DNA from: Chloroflexota bacterium
GTDB taxonomy: Bacteria > Chloroflexota > DTOL01 > JACQYG01
Length of the DNA: 44,131 nucleotides
Reading direction: 5' to 3'
Assembly (NCBI GenBank): GCA_040754915.1
Contig: JBFMCB010000003.1
Coordinates: 1-44,131 of the forward strand
Positions 19,224-28,287 of the stretch are shown here, one piece after another (within the stretch, counting starts at the first letter, position 1; every line of letters begins with the position of its first letter). Under the pieces are notes generated by a model. That model ran no database searches. It worked only from the letters and a program-made list of their open reading frames with translations, and had not been told where the DNA came from. The translations under genes were made by a program, and so were the position numbers.

Positions 19224-19507
19224 TCTTGGTACCCCTGGCCATCTTCGCCATCGTGTTGGTGGTTCTATACCTTAGGTGGCAACCGCAAGAGACTTTCTTT
19301 ACTAGTGAAGTCTGTCCAAAGTGCCATCATGCCGTCCAGGCCGGCTACCTGATCTGCCCGGTTTGCCTACAGCCGCTCCGGCACGCCTGCACCTCTTGTG
19401 GCAGGCCGATAGAGGTTAACTGGACCGTGTGCCCGTTCTGTGGCCGGTCAGTGGAGCCGGGCGAGCAGCCAAAGGAACTAAATAGTTACAAGCTTTCGGA
19501 GCTTTAG
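19220..19507 (+). CDS. Single-pass membrane protein with a double zinc ribbon
   Basis: [18 protein letters not shown] transmembrane anchor, then CPKC..CPVC..CTSC..CPFC. ATGA-coupled to the upstream gene and ends 2 nt before copA. Confidence 0.8.
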   Translation: MILVPLAIFAIVLVVLYLRWQPQETFFTSEVCPKCHHAVQAGYLICPVCLQPLRHACTSCGRPIEVNWTVCPFCGRSVEPGEQPKELNSYKLSEL

Positions 19508-19509
19508 AT

Positions 19510-21948
19510 ATGCCGACGAAACAGATCACTTTGCCGATCGGTGGTATGACCTGCGCTTCCTGCGTGGCCACCATTGAATCGGGGCTTTCGGGCCTGGAAG
19601 GCGTCAGAGAGGCCAGCGTGAACCTGGCTACGGAGCGAGCCACCGTAATCTACGACCCGGAACTGGTAAACGAAAAAAAGCTGGTGGAAACGGTAACCGA
19701 GCTCGGCTATGAGCCACGGGTTGAGAAAGTCACCATTTCCGTTGGCGGGATGACCTGTGCCTCCTGCGTCGCCACCATTGAAGGTGCCCTGAGCCAGGTG
19801 CCAGGTGTGGTCACCGCGTCGGTGAATCTGGCCACGGAACGAGCTACGGTGGAATACCTGCCCACCCAGGTGACGGTAGGTATACTAAAAAGGGCGATAA
19901 TCGAAGCTGGATATGAGGCGAGGGAGGTGGTCGGCCAGGGCGAGCTGCGGGACCTGGAAAGGGAGGCCCGGGCCAGGGAGATCCAAAGCCTGAAGATCAG
20001 GTTCGCCTTCAGTGCCGCCATGAGCGCACTCATCCTGCTGGGCACCTTTCGCGAATGGCTGACATTCGTCCCAGGGTTCCTGGGCAATAACCTGGTGCTT
20101 TTCGCCCTGACCACGCCGGTGCAGCTTTGGGCAGGCTGGCGGTTCTACCGCGGAGCCTGGGGGGCTTTGAAGCACAAGACGAGCGACATGAACACATTGA
20201 TCGCCGTGGGCACCTCGGCGGCATACGTCTACAGCCTGATCGCTACGTTTTTCCCCGGCATCTTCGCCATTGGAGGGCTGATGCCCGCGGTGTACTACGA
20301 TACGGCGGCGGTGATCATCACCTTGATCCTCTTGGGCCGCCTGCTGGAGGCCATCGCCAAGGGGCAAACCTCGGAGGCCATCAAGCGGCTCATGGGCCTG
20401 CGGGCCAAGACGGCGCGGGTGCTTCGGGGGGACGCGGAGATCGACATCCCGGTGGATGAGGTGATCGTCGGAGACATCGTCGTCGTGCGCCCTGGCGAGA
20501 AGATACCGGTGGATGGGATGGTGCTGGAGGGCCATTCGGCGGTGGACGAATCCATGCTCACCGGTGAGTCCATGCCGGTGGAGAAGAAAGAAGGTGACCC
20601 AGTCATCGGAGCCACGGTCAACAAGACCGGGAGCTTTCGGTTCAAGGCGGCGAAGGTGGGCAAAGAGACCGTTTTGGCACAGATCATACGCCTGGTGGAA
20701 GAGGCCCAGGGATCCAAGGCCCCGATTCAGCGCTTGGCCGATAGGGTGGCCAGCGTCTTCGTGCCGGGGGTAATCGTCATCGCCCTGGTGACCTTTGTGG
20801 CCTGGCTTGTCTTTGGTCCCCAGCCTGCCTTTACCTTTGCGTTCCTGAACTTCGTGGCGGTGCTCATCATCGCCTGCCCCTGTGCCCTGGGCCTGGCCAC
20901 ACCAACGGCGATCATGGTGGGGACTGGAAAAGGTGCTGAGAACGGGGTCCTGATCAGGAGCGGCGAGAGCCTGGAAATGGCCCACCGCATTCAGACGGTG
21001 GTGCTGGATAAGACGGGCACGCTCACCGAAGGCAAGCCCTCGGTCACGGACATCTTGCCGGCCAACGGCTTCGCTGCGGAGATGGTGCTGGACCTGGCGG
21101 CCAGCGCGGAGAAGAACTCCGAACATCCACTGGGGGAAGCCATTGTCAGTAAGGCCAAAGAGCTCAACCTTCCGTTGCTGGACCCGGAGGATTTCGAGGC
21201 AATACCCGGCCACGGCATCGCGGCCACCATCGCTGGCAAGAAAGTCTACCTGGGAAACAAGCGACTGATGGACGATCAGGCCGTAGCACTGGGTGAGCTG
21301 GTGGCCCGGGCCGATGCCTGCTCGGCCGACGGCAAGACGCCCATGTTCCTGGCCGTTGACAGCAAGCCGGCGGGCATCGTGGCCGTGGCGGACACCCTTA
21401 AGGTCAGCTCCAGGCAAGCGGTGGAGCGATTGCACCGGCTGGGACTCCAGGTGGTCATGATCACCGGCGACAACCGCCGCACGGCCGAGGCCATCGCCCG
21501 CCAGGCCGGGATCGGTGACGTCCTGGCTGAGGTCTTGCCTGGGGACAAGGCCGACCAGGTGAAAAGGCTACAGTCCGAAGGCAAGGTGGTGGCCATGGTG
21601 GGCGATGGGATCAATGATGCGCCGGCCCTGGCCCAGGCCGACGTGGGCATCGCCATAGGAACGGGCACCGACGTGGCCATGGAGGCCGCCGACGTGACCC
21701 TGATGCGCGGCGACCTCATGGGTGTGGTGACGGCCATCGCCCTGTCGAAGCGGACCATGCGGACGATAAAGTGGAACCTCTTCTGGGCCTTCGCCTACAA
21801 CGTGGCGGGCATACCGGTGGCCGCAGGGGTGCTGTATCCCTTCTGGGGGATCCTCCTTAACCCTATGATCGCTTCGGCAGCTATGGCGTTCAGTTCGGTC
21901 TTCGTGGTCACGAACAGCCTGCGGTTGAGAGGATTCAAGGCGGCGTGA
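19510..21948 (+). CDS. copA: Cu(I)-translocating P1B-1 ATPase
   Basis: Two HMA domains (GMTCASC), [36 protein letters not shown] and MAFSS Cu(I) signature residues. Confidence 0.96.
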   Translation: MPTKQITLPIGGMTCASCVATIESGLSGLEGVREASVNLATERATVIYDPELVNEKKLVETVTELGYEPRVEKVTISVGGMTCASCVATIEGALSQVPGVVTASVNLATERATVEYLPTQVTVGILKRAIIEAGYEAREVVGQGELRDLEREARAREIQSLKIRFAFSAAMSALILLGTFREWLTFVPGFLGNNLVLFALTTPVQLWAGWRFYRGAWGALKHKTSDMNTLIAVGTSAAYVYSLIATFFPGIFAIGGLMPAVYYDTAAVIITLILLGRLLEAIAKGQTSEAIKRLMGLRAKTARVLRGDAEIDIPVDEVIVGDIVVVRPGEKIPVDGMVLEGHSAVDESMLTGESMPVEKKEGDPVIGATVNKTGSFRFKAAKVGKETVLAQIIRLVEEAQGSKAPIQRLADRVASVFVPGVIVIALVTFVAWLVFGPQPAFTFAFLNFVAVLIIACPCALGLATPTAIMVGTGKGAENGVLIRSGESLEMAHRIQTVVLDKTGTLTEGKPSVTDILPANGFAAEMVLDLAASAEKNSEHPLGEAIVSKAKELNLPLLDPEDFEAIPGHGIAATIAGKKVYLGNKRLMDDQAVALGELVARADACSADGKTPMFLAVDSKPAGIVAVADTLKVSSRQAVERLHRLGLQVVMITGDNRRTAEAIARQAGIGDVLAEVLPGDKADQVKRLQSEGKVVAMVGDGINDAPALAQADVGIAIGTGTDVAMEAADVTLMRGDLMGVVTAIALSKRTMRTIKWNLFWAFAYNVAGIPVAAGVLYPFWGILLNPMIASAAMAFSSVFVVTNSLRLRGFKAA

Positions 21949-21982
21949 GCATTATGCATTGGCGAAGGGAGGCGGGTCTGAC

Positions 21983-22153
21983 ATGGCAATCGATCCGGTC
22001 TGCAAGATGACGGTGGACGAAAAGAAAGCGGCAGCCACTTCTGAGTACAAGGGCAAGACCTACTACTTCTGTGCCAAGGGTTGCAAGCTTGCCTTTGACA
22101 AGAGCCCGGAGAAGTACCTGGGCGAAAAGGCCCAGGGCGGCCAGGGACATTAG
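21983..22153 (+). CDS. YHS domain protein
   Basis: MAIDPVCKMTV...YKGKTYYFCAKGCKLAFDKSPEKY; RBS GGGAGG. Confidence 0.92.
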   Translation: MAIDPVCKMTVDEKKAAATSEYKGKTYYFCAKGCKLAFDKSPEKYLGEKAQGGQGH

Positions 22154-22282
22154 CAGGGAGCAGGGAGCGGCCAGCAAGGGCGAGTCATTGGTCGCCCAAC
22201 ACGATTGGGCTTCTACCCTGCTATCTGCTGCCTGCTTCCCTAAATTTACCCGATGTCCCGGAGTTGAACTCCGGGACATCGG
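22152..22282. repeat. Inverted heptamer arrays followed by a perfect 16-bp inverted repeat
   Basis: agcaggg-type 7-mers (22152-22179) face complementary cctgct-type 7-mers (~22210-22241). Then ccgatgtcccggagtt-g-aactccgggacatcgg (22250-22282). Confidence 0.7.
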
Positions 22283-22312
22283 TGGGAGTGATGATTGAAA
22301 GAGGACAGCACG

Positions 22313-22942
22313 ATGGGTCACAGCTCACCGGCAACGGTCGATGACGTCTCAAGAGAGCCCGGCACCGGCACTAAGCTGCGGCAGGTGCTTTTGGGCATCG
22401 GCATCGGCGCAGCAGTCGTTGCGGCTGTCTATCTGGTCATTGGGGGAGGCGGAGGCACCGCTTCTTTCGGTACGGTGCCTGGGGTAGTACCCACGGCAAC
22501 GAGCGGCGCTGGGGCGGTGGAGGCCAAAGAGGGCAACCTGGCCCCGGATTTCGAGTACACCGATTCCACCGGAAGGCGGGTCAGGCTCAGCGACTATCGG
22601 GGCAAGGCGGTGATGATCAATTTCTGGGCCGCCTTCTGCCCACCCTGCCGCACGGAGACCCCGGCCATCGAGGCCTACTACCGGGAGCACCGGGAGAGCG
22701 TGGTGGTCCTGGGCATCAATGTGGGCCAGGAGGGAGATGGCACCATTGGCAACTTCGTCCAACAGTACGGTGTGTCCTATCAGGTCCTGGCCGACCGGAC
22801 GGGGGCAGTGAGCGCTTTGTACTACGTGGATGCTATCCCGCACAGCGTCTTCGTGGACAAATCTGGTATTATCAGAAAAATTCAGATCGGGTCTATGAGC
22901 AAGGCCATGCTGGCGGCCAATTTTCGGAAGGCTCTGGATTAG
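22313..22942 (+). CDS. Membrane-anchored TlpA/ResA-like thiol-disulfide oxidoreductase
   Basis: N-terminal TM helix, APDF, RLSDYRGK, INFWAAFCPPCRTETP (CxxC), cis-Pro motif AIPHS, VDKSGII. Start 22313 (alternative 22295). Confidence 0.92.
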   Translation: MGHSSPATVDDVSREPGTGTKLRQVLLGIGIGAAVVAAVYLVIGGGGGTASFGTVPGVVPTATSGAGAVEAKEGNLAPDFEYTDSTGRRVRLSDYRGKAVMINFWAAFCPPCRTETPAIEAYYREHRESVVVLGINVGQEGDGTIGNFVQQYGVSYQVLADRTGAVSALYYVDAIPHSVFVDKSGIIRKIQIGSMSKAMLAANFRKALD

Positions 22943-22996
22943 CCTGCTGCGTTGTGGCGTGAGCTCCCTTCCGGGACGAACGATCGTAGGGAGCCT

Positions 22997-23818
22997 GTGG
23001 TGAGTAACGGTGTTCGCTCAGTGAAGCCGCCCAGGGGTCTGCACCGCGGCCGGGGGCAATGGGCGGCCTTGGGCGTCCTGACGGGCATGGCGCTGGCGTT
23101 CTCTCTGGCCCCCTGGTCCCTGGTGGACAAGCTCCGGGCGGTGGGCTACGGGGTTTGTGCCCAGCGCCCGGCCCATTCCTACTTCCTGGGTGGCGTGCAG
23201 CTTCCCCTGGAGGCCAGGATGGTGGGGATCTACGGCGGCTTCGTGGTTTCCTGTCTCTGCTTTTGGGCTGCCGGTCGCGGCAGGGCCGCCAACCTGCCCA
23301 GGGCAGAATACCTGGCCTTGGCCGTAGGCTTCATCGGGATCATGGGTTTCGACGGTTTGAACGCTACGGCCTACGACAACGGCCTCCCGTTCCTTTATTC
23401 GCCCGACAATCGCCTGAGGCTCGCCAGCGGTCTTTTGGCGGGCCTGGGCATGGCCATGTTCCTGTTGCCGATCCTGAACTTCAGCCTGTGGCGTGATCCC
23501 GAGCTAAAGCCGGTGGTAGAAGACGTGCGCCAGGTGCTGGGGGCGCTGGCCGCTCTGGCGGCCTTGGGCCTGGGCGTGGTCTCCGGCTGGTCATGGCTCT
23601 ATTATCCCATAGGTTTTCTTTCCAGTGGCGGTGTGCTGGTAGTGGTCGCCATCGTCAACCTGGTGGTGGTGCAGAATCTCACTAGAAAACGGGGGCAAAC
23701 CATCCGGGAGGCCCTGGTGCCCGTGACTTTGGCTCTGGTCCTGGCATCGCTGGAACTGGCAGGATTGGGCGCTTTTCGAGCCTGGGCTCAAGCGGTGGCC
23801 GGCATCGTCGCACTCTGA
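22997..23818 (+). CDS. DUF2085-like multi-pass membrane protein
   Basis: CAQRPAHSYFLGGVQLPLEARMVGIY, DGLN, NRLRLASG and several TM helices. GTG start after AGGGAG. Confidence 0.75.
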   Translation: MVSNGVRSVKPPRGLHRGRGQWAALGVLTGMALAFSLAPWSLVDKLRAVGYGVCAQRPAHSYFLGGVQLPLEARMVGIYGGFVVSCLCFWAAGRGRAANLPRAEYLALAVGFIGIMGFDGLNATAYDNGLPFLYSPDNRLRLASGLLAGLGMAMFLLPILNFSLWRDPELKPVVEDVRQVLGALAALAALGLGVVSGWSWLYYPIGFLSSGGVLVVVAIVNLVVVQNLTRKRGQTIREALVPVTLALVLASLELAGLGAFRAWAQAVAGIVAL

Positions 23819-23838
23819 GAAAGCGAGGGGTTGGATTA

Positions 23839-24495
23839 ATGGCCCGAATCGTGGTCACCGGCAGAAGGCGCGACCTGGTGATCTTTCTGGACCGGCTGAT
23901 CCTACACTTCACCCGGCACTGGCTTCTATTGGCGAATGCGGCCTTGGGGTTATTTGCCGCTCTGCCCCTTTTCGCACCTTACCTGGCTTCCCGAGGCTAT
24001 ACGTTGCCGGCGAAAGCCATCTACGCCGCCTATCAGGTCACCTGCCATCAATTGCCGCAACGGTCCTTCTTCATCGGGGGGCCAAAGTCAACCTATTCCT
24101 TTGAGGAGATCTCCTCCGCCACGGGGGTTGGGGACCCCTTTGCCTTCTACCACTCCCCTCTGGGCAATGCCTCCCTTGGCTACCAGGTGGCCTATTGCCA
24201 GCGGGAGACAGCCATCTTCGCCTCCATCTTCCTGGCGGGGCTTCTCTTCTCCCTGGTCCGGCGCAAGCTCAAGCCATTGAGCGTATCGCTGTTCTTGGCC
24301 CTCATTGCGCCCATGGCGGTGGACGGCTTCACCCAGCTACTGGGCTTTCGCGAGAGCAACTGGCAACTGCGACTCTTCACCGGGGGGCTCTTTGGCGTTG
24401 CACTGGTGTGGCTCTTGTACCCCTACATGGAACAGGGGATGCGCGAAGTCCGAGAGCTCCTGGAGGAGCGCTTCGGCCGCCTGGATGCCAGGTGA
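23839..24495 (+). CDS. DUF2085-like membrane protein
   Basis: CHQLPQRSF, GYQVAYCQRETAI, PMAVDGFTQLLGFRESNWQLRLFTG. Confidence 0.85.
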   Translation: MARIVVTGRRRDLVIFLDRLILHFTRHWLLLANAALGLFAALPLFAPYLASRGYTLPAKAIYAAYQVTCHQLPQRSFFIGGPKSTYSFEEISSATGVGDPFAFYHSPLGNASLGYQVAYCQRETAIFASIFLAGLLFSLVRRKLKPLSVSLFLALIAPMAVDGFTQLLGFRESNWQLRLFTGGLFGVALVWLLYPYMEQGMREVRELLEERFGRLDAR

Positions 24496-24741
24496 GGCTG
24501 TTCATCCTCCCTCCAGCCGTGAGTGAATTGCCACAAGGGTGTGCGATTATCTGCGGTATCTCTACACCCTCGACAGTTTTGCGGACCTTTTTTGTATTTT
24601 TTGGGCAGATACCTTAAACTATCCTTAAGGTTTGCCCCAGGGCCCGGGGAGAATCATCGCCGTCCCTGGCTTAAGGCTCAGCTATCTTTGATATTGAGGA
24701 GGAAATGCGTTTCTTTGACTAGTAAAAAGAAGGCTAATCCG

Positions 24742-25353
24742 ATGTCTGCCCCGCCAACGGAAAACGTGCGTCATGTCAAGCGCAGCAAGTTCACCCAGGA
24801 GAGCAGAAGCCAGGGGAATCTGTTGTACGTATTGGTGCCCGCTGCCTTGATCGTTGCCTTGGCTCTGGGATATTTCTTCCTGCAGGGACAGGGGAGAGGA
24901 CAGCCAACTGTTACTACGGCAAACCAGGGCTCTGGCAGCAGCGCCTTGCGGCGCAGTAGTGCCAGATTAGCAACCGTTGTTGCCCAGGATGGGGCGGTGA
25001 AGCTGCCGGTGGCCGATTTTGCCGACGGCAAGGCCCGATTCTATACCTATCGCGAGGCCTCCTCCGGGAAGGAGATCGATTTCTTCGTCCTGAAGAGCTC
25101 CGATGGGGTCATCCGCGCCGCCATCGATGCCTGTGACGTCTGTTATCCTTTCAAGAAAGGCTATCGACAGGAAGGGGATGATATGGTGTGCAACAACTGC
25201 GGCCGGCGTTTCCCCTCCATTGAAGTCAACGACGTGACCGGCGGCTGCAACCCGGCGGCGCTGACCCGTTCGGTGCAGGGGGACATGGTGGTGATCCTGG
25301 AGAGTGACATTCTCAAAGACAACATGAGCCAGACCGGCCAGCCGCTATTCTAG
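24742..25353 (+). CDS. DUF2318 (FtrD-like, predicted Fe-S/Cys-rich) membrane-anchored protein
   Basis: TM helix, then DGKARFY, FFVLKSSDGVIRAAIDACDVCY..KKGYRQEGDDMVCNNCGRRF..GGCNP. Start at ATG 24742 or TTG 24715. Confidence 0.88.
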   Translation: MSAPPTENVRHVKRSKFTQESRSQGNLLYVLVPAALIVALALGYFFLQGQGRGQPTVTTANQGSGSSALRRSSARLATVVAQDGAVKLPVADFADGKARFYTYREASSGKEIDFFVLKSSDGVIRAAIDACDVCYPFKKGYRQEGDDMVCNNCGRRFPSIEVNDVTGGCNPAALTRSVQGDMVVILESDILKDNMSQTGQPLF

Positions 25354-25360
25354 CCGTAGC

Positions 25361-25376
25361 CCTGCCTGCAGGCAGG
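25361..25376. repeat. Short perfect palindrome cctgcctgcaggcagg
   Basis: 16-bp self-complementary sequence in the DUF2318-permease spacer. Confidence 0.5.
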
Positions 25377-25408
25377 CCTGAACGCGGTGCGAAAAGGAGG
25401 CGATCTAC

Positions 25409-26575
25409 GTGCGCCTGGCGGACATTTCTTTCAATAATCTCAGACGACGCAAGAGCAAGATGGTCTTCGTGATCCTGGGCCTGGCCATCGGGGTGGCCAC
25501 CGTAGTGGCGCTTTTCTCCATCACCGCGGCCATGCGGGACGACCTGCAGGACAAGATCGACCAGTTCGGCGCCAATATCGTCATCGTACCCCAGGCCAGC
25601 GAGCTCTCTTTAAGCTATGGCACCATCGTCGTCTCGGGCGTATCCTACGACGTCAAAGAGTTGAGCCAGGAGGACGTGCCCAGGATCAAGACCATCGCCT
25701 TCTCGGGAAACATCGCCACCATTGCCCCGAAGTTGCTGGGCGCGGTTCAGGCCAAGGGTGCTGGTGAGAGCAGGGCGTTGCTCGTGGGCGTGGACTTCCC
25801 GGCCGAGCTCAGGATGAAGAAGTGGTGGGAGATCAACGGCGCTGCGCCTAGCAGGGAAGGCGAAGTCCTTCTCGGCAGCCGTGCCGCAGGGGTCTTGATG
25901 TCCAGGCCGGGGGACGCGCTGATCATAGATGGGCGAAAGTTCACGGTGTCGGGTGTCCTGAAAGAGACTGGTTTGCAGGAAGACTCCGTCCTATACGTGG
26001 AACTATCGGCGGCACAGGCCCTCTTGGGCAAGCCGAGCAGGTTAAGCTTGATCGAGGTGAGCGCCTTGTGCAAGGCCTGCCCCATCGAGGACATTGTAGA
26101 GCAGATCTCAGGCGTGCTGCCTAACGCTAAGGTCTCCGCCCTCCAGCAAGCCTGGAAGGCTCGGCGACAGACGGTGGATCAATTGACCAATTTCTCTCTG
26201 GCGGTTTCGGCCGTGGTCCTGGCCATCGGGGCCATGATCGTGCTCACTACGATGATGTCCTCGGTGAAGGAGCGGACGCGGGAAATCGGCATCTTCCGGG
26301 CCATCGGCTTCCGGCGGATGCACATAGCTCGCATAATTCTCCTGGAGGCGTTGGTGCTAGGCGTGGCGGGCGGGGTTCTGGGTTGGCTGGCCGGCGTGGT
26401 CGTCAGTTCGCTTACTGCCCCCTACGTGGCCCAGACGGCCGTGACGGTGAATTGGAACCCAGCCCTGGCCGCTCTGGCGGTGGGGCTCTCGGCCATGGTG
26501 GGCCTGGGCTCCAGCATCTATCCGGCGATGCAGGCCGCCAATCTAGACCCGGCGGAGGCATTAAGGTTCATCTAG
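25409..26575 (+). CDS. ABC transporter permease, MacB/FtsX family
   Basis: NLRRRKSK N-terminus, one TM, a large extracytoplasmic domain, then SVKERTREIGIFRAIGF, three TM and AANLDPAEALR. GTG start after AAGGAGG. Confidence 0.93.
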   Translation: MRLADISFNNLRRRKSKMVFVILGLAIGVATVVALFSITAAMRDDLQDKIDQFGANIVIVPQASELSLSYGTIVVSGVSYDVKELSQEDVPRIKTIAFSGNIATIAPKLLGAVQAKGAGESRALLVGVDFPAELRMKKWWEINGAAPSREGEVLLGSRAAGVLMSRPGDALIIDGRKFTVSGVLKETGLQEDSVLYVELSAAQALLGKPSRLSLIEVSALCKACPIEDIVEQISGVLPNAKVSALQQAWKARRQTVDQLTNFSLAVSAVVLAIGAMIVLTTMMSSVKERTREIGIFRAIGFRRMHIARIILLEALVLGVAGGVLGWLAGVVVSSLTAPYVAQTAVTVNWNPALAALAVGLSAMVGLGSSIYPAMQAANLDPAEALRFI

Positions 26576-26594
26576 AGGTAAGGTGTGAATCCAG

Positions 26595-27263
26595 ATGGCG
26601 TTGATCGATATTCGCGGTGTGAGCAAGACCTACGATAGTAACGGCTGTGTGGTCCAGGCCTTAAAGGGGATTGATCTGTCCATCGACGAGGGCGAGTTGG
26701 TGGCCATGATGGGGCCTTCGGGCTCCGGCAAGAGCACTTTGCTCTCCATCCTGGGCGCCATGAACCCTCCTACCACCGGGACCGTCCTGGTGGACGGCAT
26801 CGACCTGTATGGGCTCTCGGTGGAGAAAAGGGCCGATTTCCGCCATGAGTACATCGGGTTTGTCTTCCAGCAGCTTCAGCTTATCCCCTATCTCACGGCC
26901 GTGGAGAACGTCCTCTTGCCACTCGCTATCAGCAAGAGACCCCATCGAGAACAAGAGGCGATGGCGTTCTGGGCGCTGGGGCGGGTTGGCCTGGAGGACA
27001 AGGCCCGCCGGCTCCCGAACCAATTGTCCGGCGGCGAGCAGGAGAGGGTGGCAGTGGCCAGGGCCATCGTTAACGAACCGCCGCTGATCCTGGCGGACGA
27101 GCCCACGGGCAGCCTTGACACGCAGACCGGAGAAGAGGTGATGCGGCTGTTTCAGTCGTTGAACGAGGACGGCCTAACTATAGTCCTCGTCACCCATAAC
27201 CCGGAGAACATCCGTTTTGTAGGAAGGACAATCCGGATCCGGGACGGCAGGATAGCCAGTTAG
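26595..27263 (+). CDS. ABC transporter ATP-binding protein, LolD/MacB family
   Basis: [44 protein letters not shown]. Confidence 0.96.
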   Translation: MALIDIRGVSKTYDSNGCVVQALKGIDLSIDEGELVAMMGPSGSGKSTLLSILGAMNPPTTGTVLVDGIDLYGLSVEKRADFRHEYIGFVFQQLQLIPYLTAVENVLLPLAISKRPHREQEAMAFWALGRVGLEDKARRLPNQLSGGEQERVAVARAIVNEPPLILADEPTGSLDTQTGEEVMRLFQSLNEDGLTIVLVTHNPENIRFVGRTIRIRDGRIAS

Positions 27264-27283
27264 TTCACTTTTCTTTACCGATT

Positions 27284-27311
27284 AAAGAAAGCAAGATGTC
27301 TTGCTTCTTTT
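27284..27311 (+). terminator. Putative (possibly bidirectional) terminator after the ABC ATPase
   Basis: aaagaaagcaaga-tg-tcttgcttctttt inverted repeat between convergent operons. Confidence 0.5.
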
Positions 27312-27442
27312 GGAATTCAGAATAGCCGGACACTACAGATGCTCACAGGTCCTGGGCAAGGGGGAGACTGTGAAGGCATCGGCAAAAGAAAATGAGGACC
27401 TGTGACATGGGGAGTCATGAAACTAGACACAAGAGGGATCAG

Positions 27443-27862
27443 CTACGCGCGCTTATGACTGGTTAACGAGTCCCGTATCTGAGCCGGAATGGGCACCGGT
27501 TTTCCGCTGGCGTCCACGAAGACCTGTACGGTCTTGCCCGTGGCCAGGATTCTCCCTGAATCCTGATTGACCACCTGGTAGCCCAGGGAGAAGCTGCGGT
27601 TTTTCACATCCTCCACCCAGGTCTTGACCGTGATGGCCTCATCGAAATGAGCCGGGGCATGGTAGCGGCAACTGGCCTCGGCGATGACGAAGCCCAGGCC
27701 CGATCTCTCCAACTCAGCATAGTTGAGGCCCAAGGCCTTAAGGTAGTTGACCCGTGCCACCTCGAACCAGATGAAGTAATTGGCGTAGTAGACGATGCCC
27801 TGGGCATCGGTCTCAGCGTATCGGACTCGCAGCTCGGTGACAACCTCGTGGGCATCAGTCAT
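27443..27862 (-). CDS. Acyl-CoA thioesterase, YbgC/4-HBT hotdog family
   Basis: LRVRYAETDAQGIVYYANYFIWFEVAR. Start at ATG 27862, overlapping the upstream paralog. Confidence 0.92.
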   Translation of the reverse strand: MTDAHEVVTELRVRYAETDAQGIVYYANYFIWFEVARVNYLKALGLNYAELERSGLGFVIAEASCRYHAPAHFDEAITVKTWVEDVKNRSFSLGYQVVNQDSGRILATGKTVQVFVDASGKPVPIPAQIRDSLTSHKRA

Positions 27863-28277
27863 GTTCTGGAGATCCCTCAAACAGGGCCCGCATATCCGCT
27901 GGAATGGGGACCGCCCGACCCTGGCAATTCGCACAGACATGCACGGTCTTTCCGGTGGCCAGAAGCTGGCCGGTCCGGCGGTCACGGGCTTCGTAGGCCA
28001 GGACGATCTGGCGGCTGCGAAAGGAATCCAGCCAGGCCCGGACTACTACGTCGTCGCCGTAGCGGGCCGGGGCCAGGTAGCGGGCGCTGATCTCCGTCAC
28101 TGGCAGGTAGTAACCCTTTTTCTCCCAGTGAGTATAGTCTGTGCCGCACTGGCGGAAAAGCTCACCCCGGGCAACCTCGAACCAGATCAGGTAATTGGCG
28201 TGATATACCACGCCCATGGCGTCGGTCTCGGCATAGCGCACCCGCAACGTGACTTCAGCACTGGCCGTCTCAGCCAA
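27855..28277 (-). CDS. Acyl-CoA thioesterase, YbgC/4-HBT hotdog family
   Basis: LRVRYAETDAMGVVYHANYLIWFEVAR. TTG start. Confidence 0.92.
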   Translation of the reverse strand: MAETASAEVTLRVRYAETDAMGVVYHANYLIWFEVARGELFRQCGTDYTHWEKKGYYLPVTEISARYLAPARYGDDVVVRAWLDSFRSRQIVLAYEARDRRTGQLLATGKTVHVCANCQGRAVPIPADMRALFEGSPEHD

Positions 28278-28287
28278 TCTGGCACCT

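Noticed and set aside
19885-21435. 516-aa minus-strand ORF
   Set aside because: Antisense shadow of copA.
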